From assembly GCF_000025685.1 (NCBI RefSeq), contig NC_013967.1, forward strand, positions 1,350,001-1,382,000: a stretch of 32,000 bases of DNA, read 5' to 3'. Origin of the DNA: Haloferax volcanii DS2 (GTDB taxonomy: Archaea > Halobacteriota > Halobacteria > Halobacteriales > Haloferacaceae). The notes under the pieces were generated by a model. It had not been told where the DNA came from, did no database searches, and saw only the letters and a list, made by a program, of their open reading frames with translations. Every line of letters starts with the position of its first letter. Within the stretch, counting starts at the first letter, position 1. Positions 9,323 to 17,179 of this stretch are shown one piece after another. A program made the position numbers and the translations under genes.

Positions 9323-9769
9323 TCAGACCGGTGTGCGCCGGTCGAGCGAGTCGCGGAACGTCGCTCTGACGAGCGCGTCGAGGTCGGCGGGGAGTTCGAG
9401 TCGGCGGAGGTCGGTATCGGGGTCCGTCTCGGGGTCGAGGTCGATTCCGCGGCGTCGGACCGCGAGGAGTCGCCAGAGATACGCGAGTCTGAGCAGGCGC
9501 ATCGCGTCCGGCACGTCGGCGTCGCTTCTGACGCGGTAGGTCACCCACGTCGACTCGGGCACCACGCGGTGCGGGTCCGCGAGGCCGTCGGTGAGGAGCG
9601 CGTCGCGGACGCGCCTCGTGAGCGCGAGGTCGACGACACCGGCGTCGTGGACGTGACCGAGTTCCCTGCCAGCGACGACGAACGCCGTCCCTCCGAAGCG
9701 ATGCGGCGCGGTCTCGACGCCGGGCCAACGCGAGACGCGCGAGACGATTCTGTCGATTGCGGCGGTCAT
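9323..9769 (-). CDS. Luciferase-domain (DUF5519-like) protein
   Basis: The pattern ..SRWPGVETAPHRFGGTAFVVAGRELGHVHDAGVVDLALT.. matches what I remember of this small family. High GC3. Confidence 0.55.
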   Translation of the reverse strand: MTAAIDRIVSRVSRWPGVETAPHRFGGTAFVVAGRELGHVHDAGVVDLALTRRVRDALLTDGLADPHRVVPESTWVTYRVRSDADVPDAMRLLRLAYLWRLLAVRRRGIDLDPETDPDTDLRRLELPADLDALVRATFRDSLDRRTPV

Positions 9770-10182
9770 TCGACGACTGTACGCGCTCCGAGAAGATAAC
9801 GACAGAGCCGAAGCGGGTCAGACCCCCGCGAGAGACTGGCATTTGAGGTCGTTCGACATCGCGTACCCGGGCGATAACCACAGGCTTTCCGGACATTCAG
9901 TTCACCAAGAGGGTACGTCGAAAATAGACCCTCAGAGCGGCGCGATATTCGCGGATTAACACGGGTTAGGAACGCGAATTTTCGCATCCCGTGACGGGTT
10001 CCGACCGCGCAAGCACCGCGGGTGCTGGGTTCCGCGCGGAGCGCGTCGGTCCACGCCGGCGGCGAGCGGTAGACGAGTCGTAACGAAACCCTCGGGAGAC
10101 GAACAACAGTTCGAACCATGTCTCTGACCCCCACGGATGTACCACTGCGGGGAATCGACCCCGACTATCGGGAGGCCGACAG

Positions 10183-10749
10183 ATGAATCTCGGCCAGCTC
10201 GGCGTCGGCGTCGTCGTCCTCGTCATCGTCGTGTTCGCGCTCCTCACCGGCGGGGTGAACACGCCCGAGACGCCCGCCCCGGCCGACGACGCCGACAGAA
10301 GCATCGGCGCCGACGTGACAGAGCCCGACGCGGACGACGCGCCGCCCGAGGACTCCGACCCCGGAACCGAACAAGAGCCCGTCGTCGCTGACGACGACGG
10401 GACCGACGACTCGGGCGACGACGGCACCGCAAACGAGAGCGGAAGCGAGAGCGGGACGTTCGAGACGGTCGAGACCGGCGACGACGACACCGACTCGCCG
10501 ACGAGGACGACCAGACCGCGTGGCAGTCCGGTCGGCGTCTCGGACTACAATGACGGTGACGGTGACGACGGCTCGTCCGACGACTCGTCTTCGGACGATT
10601 CGACCGACGACTCCTCGACTGACGACAGCACCGATGACGCGTCCTCGGACGACTCGACCGACGACGCCGGTGACGACACTGGCGACGACTCGGGCGACGG
10701 TTCGAGCGGTGGCGACTCGGGTGACGACATCGGGATGTGTACGGTGTAA
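10183..10749 (+). CDS. N-terminally membrane-anchored, extremely acidic low-complexity (Asp/Ser/Thr/Gly) protein
   Basis: The N-terminal helix LGVGVVVLVIVVFALLTGG is followed by about 160 aa of D/S/T/G-rich sequence (DDSSSDDSTDDSSTDDSTDDASSDDSTDD...), ending GMCTV. Confidence 0.6.
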   Translation: MNLGQLGVGVVVLVIVVFALLTGGVNTPETPAPADDADRSIGADVTEPDADDAPPEDSDPGTEQEPVVADDDGTDDSGDDGTANESGSESGTFETVETGDDDTDSPTRTTRPRGSPVGVSDYNDGDGDDGSSDDSSSDDSTDDSSTDDSTDDASSDDSTDDAGDDTGDDSGDGSSGGDSGDDIGMCTV

Positions 10750-10778
10750 ACTCTGGACACCGTGGCAACGCGACACCC

Positions 10779-12005
10779 TCAGTCGACTAGGAGATTGAGG
10801 GCGTAGGCGGTCCGGAGCACCGACGCGGCGTCGCCGCGGGGAAACACCAGTTCGTCGGTCTCGCGGACGTGGTCGAGCACGCCCGGCGAGGAGTGCTCGG
10901 GAGCCGCCGCGAGCCCGCAGTCGTTTGCTGCTGCCCACCGCATCACGTCGAGGTCGGACTTCGAATCGCCCATCACGAGGACGAACGGGTCGTCCACCCC
11001 GAGCACGTCGAGCGCGGCGCGGACGCCCGCCGCCTTGTTCAGGTCGACCGCCGAGAGCTCCGCGGCGTCGGCGTGGTAGTACGCGACCGTCACGCGTTCG
11101 AGCGTCTGTGCGACGGGGTCCAGAATCTCCGACTCCGCGTCCGAGTCGGGAAGCGCGTCGCGGGTGTCGAGCACGTCGCGTATCTCCGGGTCGCGCGCCG
11201 CGAAGTACGCCCGCGCCCAGTCGGAGCCGGCGGGGTCGTCGGTGAGCGCCTCGCCGAGGAGGTCCAGCAGGTAGACGAGCGCGCCGTCGATGACTTCCTC
11301 GGCGTCGTCGCTGCCGGTCTCGAAGTTCGGCTTGAGCGTGACGTTGAACTCGTTTCCCTGCAAGTGGACGCCACCGCGGAGCGCGTCGGGGAGGTCGCGG
11401 ATGACGCGTCCGCGGACCGATTCGAAGACCGACTGCACCGAGTCGTCGAGCGTCTCGTAGAGGAGGCGCTTCGTGTCCGAGCCGTGACCGGGCGTGAAGA
11501 CGCCGGTGCCGGCCTCGTAGACGATGCTCACGTTCCCCGAGTGGACGAGTTCGTTGCCGAGTCCCTGAATTGCGAAGCCCTTGACGTTCTCCAAGGTCTG
11601 GCCGGTGCAGATGACGATGGGGACGCCCCGCTCGTGGAACTGCGTGAGGAGATGCAGCACCTCGCGGGGAATCTCGTTGTCCGTCTGGCCCGCAGAGCGC
11701 AGCGTCTCGTCCACGTCGAGGACGAGCGCGTTCACCGCCCGTCCGTACTTCGTGTAGAGGTCGAGGGCGGTGAACGCCTGGTCCCGCGTCGCGCGCGCGG
11801 CGAGTTCCGCGTAGCGGTCGCCGTCCGAAAGCGCCCGGCGAATGCGGTCTTTCTTCCCCGCGAGTTCGTCGTCGACCTGCTGCCAGTGCGACAGCGCCAC
11901 CGGCGAGCCGAGCGGCGGCAAGAGGTCGACGAAGTCCTGTGCGTCCCGGACCGCGTCCGCGTCGAAGTTCCCGTACAGTCTGTACAGGAGGTCGTACCGC
12001 TCCAT
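10779..12005 (-). CDS. HAD-superfamily hydrolase (Cof/phosphatase-like) with an N-terminal extra domain
   Basis: HAD motif I LVLDVDETL and motif IV VMGDSKSDLDVM. A CTTTAATG TATA-like element lies 23 nt upstream of the ATG. Confidence 0.8.
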   Translation of the reverse strand: MERYDLLYRLYGNFDADAVRDAQDFVDLLPPLGSPVALSHWQQVDDELAGKKDRIRRALSDGDRYAELAARATRDQAFTALDLYTKYGRAVNALVLDVDETLRSAGQTDNEIPREVLHLLTQFHERGVPIVICTGQTLENVKGFAIQGLGNELVHSGNVSIVYEAGTGVFTPGHGSDTKRLLYETLDDSVQSVFESVRGRVIRDLPDALRGGVHLQGNEFNVTLKPNFETGSDDAEEVIDGALVYLLDLLGEALTDDPAGSDWARAYFAARDPEIRDVLDTRDALPDSDAESEILDPVAQTLERVTVAYYHADAAELSAVDLNKAAGVRAALDVLGVDDPFVLVMGDSKSDLDVMRWAAANDCGLAAAPEHSSPGVLDHVRETDELVFPRGDAASVLRTAYALNLLVD

Positions 12006-12156
12006 GACTCGGGGTCGTCACCCAACCGCATTAAAGCCGCGTGAGAGGCGGGTCGCCTCGCGGCGGCTCGTCGGGGCGGGGTCGTCGGTCGGTCGGGGTC
12101 GTCCGCGGTCGATCTGCCCCGCAACTCTGATACCGACCGGCCGACGACGTGTGCAC

Positions 12157-12600
12157 ATGGCACATTGGACCGACAGCATCGTCGGCGACCGGATGACGGT
12201 GGACCGCGAGTTCAACGAGCAGGTGACGAACTCCCGGTTCAACAGTCAGGAGTGGGGGCTCATCATGACGGCGACGGAGTTCGAAATCGAGAACGCGGAC
12301 GACCCCGAGGCGGCGCGCATCGTCGCCGACACCGAGAAGGTCCCGCAGATTATCCCCGAACTCGACAACATCCGCAGTCAGATGGGCGCGATGGGCGGCG
12401 GCGGCGACGACTCGTCGTCCGGCGGCGGCATCGTCGACTCCATCAAGGGCGCGCTCGGGATGGGCGGCGGCGGCAAGAAAGGTGAACAGGAGAAACTGGA
12501 GGCCGCGGAACGACTCACCCAAGAGTACGCCGACGCGCTCCAAGACCACCTCGAAAAGAAAGGCAAGTGGAACCAGGTCCGGGTCAGCTACCTCGAATAG
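12157..12600 (+). CDS. Conserved haloarchaeal hypothetical protein (147 aa; possibly DUF5799)
   Basis: MAHWTDSIVGDRMTVDREFNEQVTNSRFNSQEWGLIMTATEFEIENADDPEA..., with a Gly-rich linker. The long track ORF from 11842 has an N-terminal extension that looks non-coding. Confidence 0.7.
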   Translation: MAHWTDSIVGDRMTVDREFNEQVTNSRFNSQEWGLIMTATEFEIENADDPEAARIVADTEKVPQIIPELDNIRSQMGAMGGGGDDSSSGGGIVDSIKGALGMGGGGKKGEQEKLEAAERLTQEYADALQDHLEKKGKWNQVRVSYLE

Positions 12601-12719
12601 CGGGGCACCCCGCCGGCGGGATGGTGCTCCTCGCGGGAGCGCCCGCGCGGTGGCTCGGGGTGTAACGACCCTCCGCAAATCAGTCGGGAGAACGCCCGAG
12701 CGTCGATGCCGAGTCGAGT

Positions 12720-12869
12720 TCAGTACTCGTCGCCGGCGTGGAACAGCGTCCGTTCGCTCGCCTCGTAGATGTTCATCAGTTCGTTGATGAGGTCGTCGTA
12801 CTCCTCGTCGTCCTCGCGGAGCGCGTCGAGTCTGGCGACCGTCTCGTCGTCGAGGTGAATCTGCGGCAT
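12720..12869 (-). CDS. Small acidic protein, 49 aa (below the ORF-track cutoff)
   Basis: My translation is MPQIHLDDETVARLDALREDDEEYDDLINELMNIYEASERTLFHAGDEY*. GC3 is high. A TTTAAG TATA-like element lies 24 nt upstream of the ATG, which is leaderless spacing. Confidence 0.55.
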   Translation of the reverse strand: MPQIHLDDETVARLDALREDDEEYDDLINELMNIYEASERTLFHAGDEY

Positions 12870-12969
12870 ACCTACACCCACGCCGCGTGACGCCTTAAAC
12901 GACGTGGGGGCGTCGGATTCGACCCCCCCATCCCCGAGAGGGTCGCCGCTGGGGGAGACGTACGAAACG

Positions 12970-12989
12970 AAAAACCGGCGGTGTGCCGG
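12970..12989 (-). terminator. Hairpin + T5 candidate terminator of fba
   Basis: The minus strand reads CCGGC-ACACC-GCCGG followed directly by UUUUU. It lies 81-100 nt after the fba stop. Confidence 0.4.
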
Positions 12990-13069
12990 GTGGAGACGAC
13001 GGCCGGTGTCGGCCCGCGATGCGGACGCGACGAGCGCTCGACGGTGAACGAGTCACCGTCCGCGCGACG

Positions 13070-14062
13070 TTACTTGAACAGCGACTGGCCGGCGCTGCCG
13101 GAGACCTCGGTCAGGTCGGCGTGCACGTCGGCGATGCGCTCGCGGATGTCGCGACCGGCGACGCGGGGGTCGAACACGTCCTTGTTCGGCGACCAGTCGG
13201 TCTCGTTGAAGAACGTGTCGCGAGCGTCCGCGACGCCCTCGGGCGGGACGATGGCGTTCGGTTCCTCGTTGTAGCGGTCGTACGCGGTGCGGGTGTACTC
13301 GTACTGGTAGCGGGTGTCCTTGTTGACCTTGCAGATGCCGTGTTTGAGCATCTCTTGCAGTTGGTCGGGCTGGACGCCCGAGGAGCCGTGGAGGACCAGC
13401 GGCGTGTCGAGGCCGTGGTCGCGCAGGGCCTGCCGGATGTCGTTGGCGAGGTCCGGACGGAGTTCGAGGTCCTTGCCCTTGGCGACGCCGTGCTGCGTGC
13501 CGACGGAGATGGCCAGCAGGTCCGCGCCCGTCTTGTCGACGAACTCGACGGCCTGTTCGGGGTCCGTGTAGAACGCCTCCTCGGCCTCGATTTCGTCCTC
13601 GACGCCCTTGATCTGGCCGAGTTCGGCCTCGATGAGCACGTCGGAGCCCGCGGCCTCGACCATCTCGACGACCTCGCGGCTCGTGGCGACGTTCTCGTCG
13701 AACGGCTCGTGGGACGCGTCGATCATGATGGACGACGGGATATCGAGTTCGATCTGCTGCTCGATGAACTCGAGGTCCGTCTGGTGGTCCATGTTGAGGA
13801 AGACGCCGATGTCGTACCGCTCGGCGATGGTCTCGATGTAATTCCCCATGGCCTTCAGACCCGCGACGGCGTCGCCGTCGCCCGCGAACCGACAGGCCCC
13901 GCCGCTCATCTGTAACAGGAGGTCCGAGTCCATCCGGTCGGCCCCCTCCATGAGACCCATCATGATGTTCGGCTCCGCGATGTTACTCGCGATGAGGCCG
14001 AATCCTTCGTCGAGCGCCTCGTCGTACACTGTGGCGAGTTCCTCCCCGCCGTAGAACGGCAT
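13070..14062 (-). CDS. fba: Class II fructose-1,6-bisphosphate aldolase
   Basis: A 330-aa FbaA/tagatose-bisphosphate aldolase family protein (..FLNMDHQTD.., ..AISVGTQHG.., ..LVLHGSSG..). It lies next to the fructose PTS cluster. Confidence 0.9.
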
Positions 14063-14201
14063 TATGCGTTCACCTCGGTTTCGACAACGACTGCGAGACT
14101 AATAATGTATGGGAAGCGAGTTTCGATTCTGCACGTTTTCGTTTGTTCGCGTTCGAGTTAATTTCCATCGCCCGACAGAGCGCCGCCGCTGGAAGCGAGC
14201 G

Positions 14202-14219
14202 AAAAAACGGAAAAGCCGT
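14202..14219 (-). terminator. Candidate terminator of the PTS operon (short hairpin + T-runs)
   Basis: The minus strand reads ACGG-CUUUU-CCGU followed by UUUUU, starting 9 nt after the ptfB stop. Confidence 0.4.
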
Positions 14220-14227
14220 CGCGGGAG

Positions 14228-14704
14228 TTACGAGAACAGCTTCTTCAGGCGGGCGAACAGCCCCTTTTCGGGGTCGCCGCCGCGGCGCACGGGCTCGTCC
14301 GACTCCGCGGCGTCGGCGTCGTCGGACGAGTCGTCGGCACCGACGTCGGCGTCCTCGCCGTCGTCACCGCTTCCGAACGTGACCGAACCCGTCTTGCCGG
14401 CCTCGGCGAGTTCGACGGCCTTCTGCACGACGGCCTCGGCGTTGTTCACGCCGTCTTTGACCGTCCCCTTGAGGACGAGTTTGCCGTCGAAGCGGTCGCG
14501 GCTGACAGACGTGTCCGAGGTGATGATGACCGCGTCCGCCTCGGCGATGGCGTCGGAGGCCAGTTCGTCCTGCGTGCCCATCGCGCCCTGAACCTCGACG
14601 TCGATGTCGTGGCCGAGGCGCTCGCCGGCCTGCAAGAGGTTCTCGGCCGCCATCTGGCTGTGTGCGATTCCGGTCGGACAGGATGTGACTGCGACGAGTT
14701 TCAT
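14228..14704 (-). CDS. ptfB: PTS fructose-specific EIIB component, with an acidic linker and amphipathic C-terminal tail
   Basis: MKLVAVTSCPTGIAHSQMAAE carries the EIIB(Fru) active-site Cys. The start overlaps the ptsI stop by 4 nt. Confidence 0.9.
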   Translation of the reverse strand: MKLVAVTSCPTGIAHSQMAAENLLQAGERLGHDIDVEVQGAMGTQDELASDAIAEADAVIITSDTSVSRDRFDGKLVLKGTVKDGVNNAEAVVQKAVELAEAGKTGSVTFGSGDDGEDADVGADDSSDDADAAESDEPVRRGGDPEKGLFARLKKLFS

Positions 14705-16398
14705 TGGTCTAGTGTAAGGATTTCCGCGACTTCAGCCTTCGTGTCGGCCTGGAGGACGCGCTCCGCGAGGTCGCGGGCGTCCGCGGTGTCGGTCTCCGCG
14801 ACGGCCGCCTTGACCTGCGGCACCGTCACGGCGCTCATGCTCAGTTCGTCGAGGCCGAGCCCGACGAGCAGTTCGGTGAGGTCCGGGTCGCCCGCCATCT
14901 CGCCGCACATGCCGACCCAGCAGTCCTCACCTTCGGCCGCCGAGACGGTGGCGTCGATGGCGCGGAGGACCGCCGGCTGCCGGTAGTCTCCGAGCTCAGA
15001 AACGCGCTCGTTGCCGCGCTCGGCGGCCATCACGTACTGCGCGAGGTCGTTCGTCCCGATGCTGAAGAAGTCGACGTGCGGCGCGAACTGGTCGGCCATG
15101 AACGCCGCGGCGGGCGTCTCGACCATGATGCCGAACTCGGGCAGTTCGTTTGCGACGCCCTCGGCGTCGAGGTCGGCGGCGACCGACTCGAACCGCTCGC
15201 GGCCGGCGCGAAGCTCCTCGACCGTCGAGACGAGCGGGAGCATCACCGACAGGTTCGCGCCGTCGGCGCTGGCCGCCGCGCGCAGGAGCGCGCGGACCTG
15301 CGTCTCGAAGAGGTCCGCGTCCGGACCGAGCGACCGGCGGATGCCGCGCTCGCCGAGGAACGGGTTCTCCTCGTCCGGCAGGTCGAGATACGGGACCGGC
15401 TTGTCGCCGCCGATGTCGAGGGTTCGGACGACAACGCGGCCCCCGTCGAACGATTCGAGCGCCTCGACGTACGCCTCGTACTGCTCGTCTTCGTCCGGCG
15501 GCGACTCGCGGTCGAGGAAGAGGAACTCGGTGCGGAACAGGCCGACGCCGTCGGCCCCGCGGTCGACGGCCGGCCCGAGGTCCGCCAGCGTGCCGATGTT
15601 GGCGGCGACCTCGATGTCGACGCCGTCTGCGGTCTCGACCGCCTCGTGTCGGATGTCAACGTCGGCGGCGGCCGCGGCGGCCTCCTTGCGCTCGTCGCTC
15701 GGGTCGACCACGAGGTCGCCCGACTCGCCGTCGACGACGACCTCGGTGCCGTCCTCGACGGACTGGAGCTCCTCGCCCACGCCGACGATGGCCGGCAGGG
15801 CGAGCGAGCGCGCGAAGATGGCCGCGTGGGAGGTGCGGCCGCCCGTCACGGTGACGAAGCCGGCGACGCGCTCCGGGTCGAGTTGCGCCGTGTCGCTCGG
15901 CGTGAGCCGCTCCGCGACGACGACGCTCCCCTCCGGCAGCGACGAGAGGTCGACGCGCTCGCCGTCCGAGAGGACGCGCACGAGTCGGTCGCGCACGTCG
16001 CGGAGGTCGTCGGCGCGCTCGCCCATGCGACCGCCCATGTTCTCGAACTGCTCGACGAACTCGGTGAACGTCTCCTGAACGGCGTGTTCGGCCGGGAGCC
16101 CGCTCTCGATGGCGTCTGAGACGCCGTCGGTTATCTGCGGGTCGTTGAGGAACTGGACGTGCGCGTCGAACACCGCCGCCTCCTCCTCGCCGACGCGTTC
16201 TGCGGTCCGCTCGCGCTCGGCTTCGAGTTCGTCTTCGGCGGCCGCGCGGGCGTCCTCGAAGCGGGCCAGTTCGGCCTCCGCGTCCACGTCTACCGGGGCC
16301 GGCGGCTCGGGGAGGTCCGCGTCCGGGCGGTACCAGACGACGGTGCCGACGCCCGAAAGCGGTGTCACGCCGATGCCGGAGAGGGTTCGTTCGGTCAT
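14701..16398 (-). CDS. ptsI: PTS enzyme I (PEP-protein phosphotransferase)
   Basis: 565 aa, with the phosphohistidine motif GGRTSHAAIFARSLALPAIVG and the C-terminal PEP-utiliser TIM barrel (FFSIGTNDLAQY). Confidence 0.95.
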   Translation of the reverse strand: MTERTLSGIGVTPLSGVGTVVWYRPDADLPEPPAPVDVDAEAELARFEDARAAAEDELEAERERTAERVGEEEAAVFDAHVQFLNDPQITDGVSDAIESGLPAEHAVQETFTEFVEQFENMGGRMGERADDLRDVRDRLVRVLSDGERVDLSSLPEGSVVVAERLTPSDTAQLDPERVAGFVTVTGGRTSHAAIFARSLALPAIVGVGEELQSVEDGTEVVVDGESGDLVVDPSDERKEAAAAAADVDIRHEAVETADGVDIEVAANIGTLADLGPAVDRGADGVGLFRTEFLFLDRESPPDEDEQYEAYVEALESFDGGRVVVRTLDIGGDKPVPYLDLPDEENPFLGERGIRRSLGPDADLFETQVRALLRAAASADGANLSVMLPLVSTVEELRAGRERFESVAADLDAEGVANELPEFGIMVETPAAAFMADQFAPHVDFFSIGTNDLAQYVMAAERGNERVSELGDYRQPAVLRAIDATVSAAEGEDCWVGMCGEMAGDPDLTELLVGLGLDELSMSAVTVPQVKAAVAETDTADARDLAERVLQADTKAEVAEILTLDQ

Positions 16399-16401
16399 AG
16401 C

Positions 16402-16671
16402 TTACTGTTTGGCTTCAGGCGTGGAAAGGATATCCTCTAGGGCGTCGAGTGCCGCTTCCGCGTCGTCGCCCTCGGCGACGAGTCGGACGGACTCGTCGTG
16501 GCCGACGCCGAGGCCGGTGACGGCGAGCATGCTGGCGGCGGGGACGAGGTCGTCCTCGTCGGCGCGGCCGAGCTGTACGTCGGCGTCGAACTTGTTTGCG
16601 GTCTCGACGAACTTCGAGGCCGGGCGGGCGTGCAGCCCGTCTTCGGGGACGACCGTGACGGTTCGCTCCAT
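16402..16671 (-). CDS. ptsH: PTS phosphocarrier protein HPr
   Basis: VVPEDGLHARPASKFV contains the His15 motif. I prefer the ATG at 16671, which shares one nt with the ptfA stop (TGATG). The track starts at the GTG one codon upstream. Confidence 0.9.
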   Translation of the reverse strand: MERTVTVVPEDGLHARPASKFVETANKFDADVQLGRADEDDLVPAASMLAVTGLGVGHDESVRLVAEGDDAEAALDALEDILSTPEAKQ

Positions 16672-17135
16672 CACTCGACCACCTCGGCGAGCACGTCCTG
16701 GACGGTCTGTTTGCTCTCGGCTTCGAGGAGCTTCTCGCGCACGTCCTCGTGCATGAGCGACCGCGAGAGGGCGCTCAGAATCTGTAGGTGGTCCTCGCCG
16801 CCCGCCGCGGGGACGAGAATCATAAAGAGGAGCTTCGCCGGCTTGTCGTCCATGGCGTCGAAGTCGATGCCCTCGGCCGAGCGCGCGAAGGCGACCGTCG
16901 GCTTCGAGACGGCGTCGGTCTTCGCGTGCGGGATGCCGATGCCGAAGCCGACGCCGGTCGTCGCCTCCCCCTCGCGTTCGAGGAGGGCGTCGAGCGCGGC
17001 GTCGCGGTCGTCGACGCGACCGGCGTCGACCGCGAGGTCGAGGAGGAACTCGATGGCCCCCTCCTTCGTCGCCGGCGGCTCTTCGAGCGATATCAGTTCG
17101 AGCGGTGTGATGGTGCTGATGTCAGTGACGTCCAT
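16671..17135 (-). CDS. ptfA: PTS EIIA component (fructose/mannitol type 2)
   Basis: GVGFGIGIPHAKT is the active-site His motif of PTS_EIIA_2. Confidence 0.9.
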   Translation of the reverse strand: MDVTDISTITPLELISLEEPPATKEGAIEFLLDLAVDAGRVDDRDAALDALLEREGEATTGVGFGIGIPHAKTDAVSKPTVAFARSAEGIDFDAMDDKPAKLLFMILVPAAGGEDHLQILSALSRSLMHEDVREKLLEAESKQTVQDVLAEVVE

Positions 17136-17179
17136 TGTATTGTGCTTCGTTCGAGTCTGGAAAGATTAGTTCGGTGTGG

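Noticed and set aside
9766-10134. A 122-aa minus-strand ORF filling the long spacer.
   Set aside because: It is very basic (R/K-rich), has low GC3, and is unlike the proteins encoded in this window.
9770-10182. Possible RNase P RNA or SRP (7S) RNA in the long spacer. The minus strand contains GUCCGGAAAGCC, reminiscent of the GGAA tetraloop region of SRP helix 8 or of CR-I GGAAAGUCC.
   Set aside because: I could not find the flanking conserved elements: SRP AGCA/GGAGCA, the Alu-domain UGUAAC context in the right order, RNase P CR-IV/CR-V ACAGAA..GGCUUA, or end-to-end helix pairing. The resemblance is only a short string.
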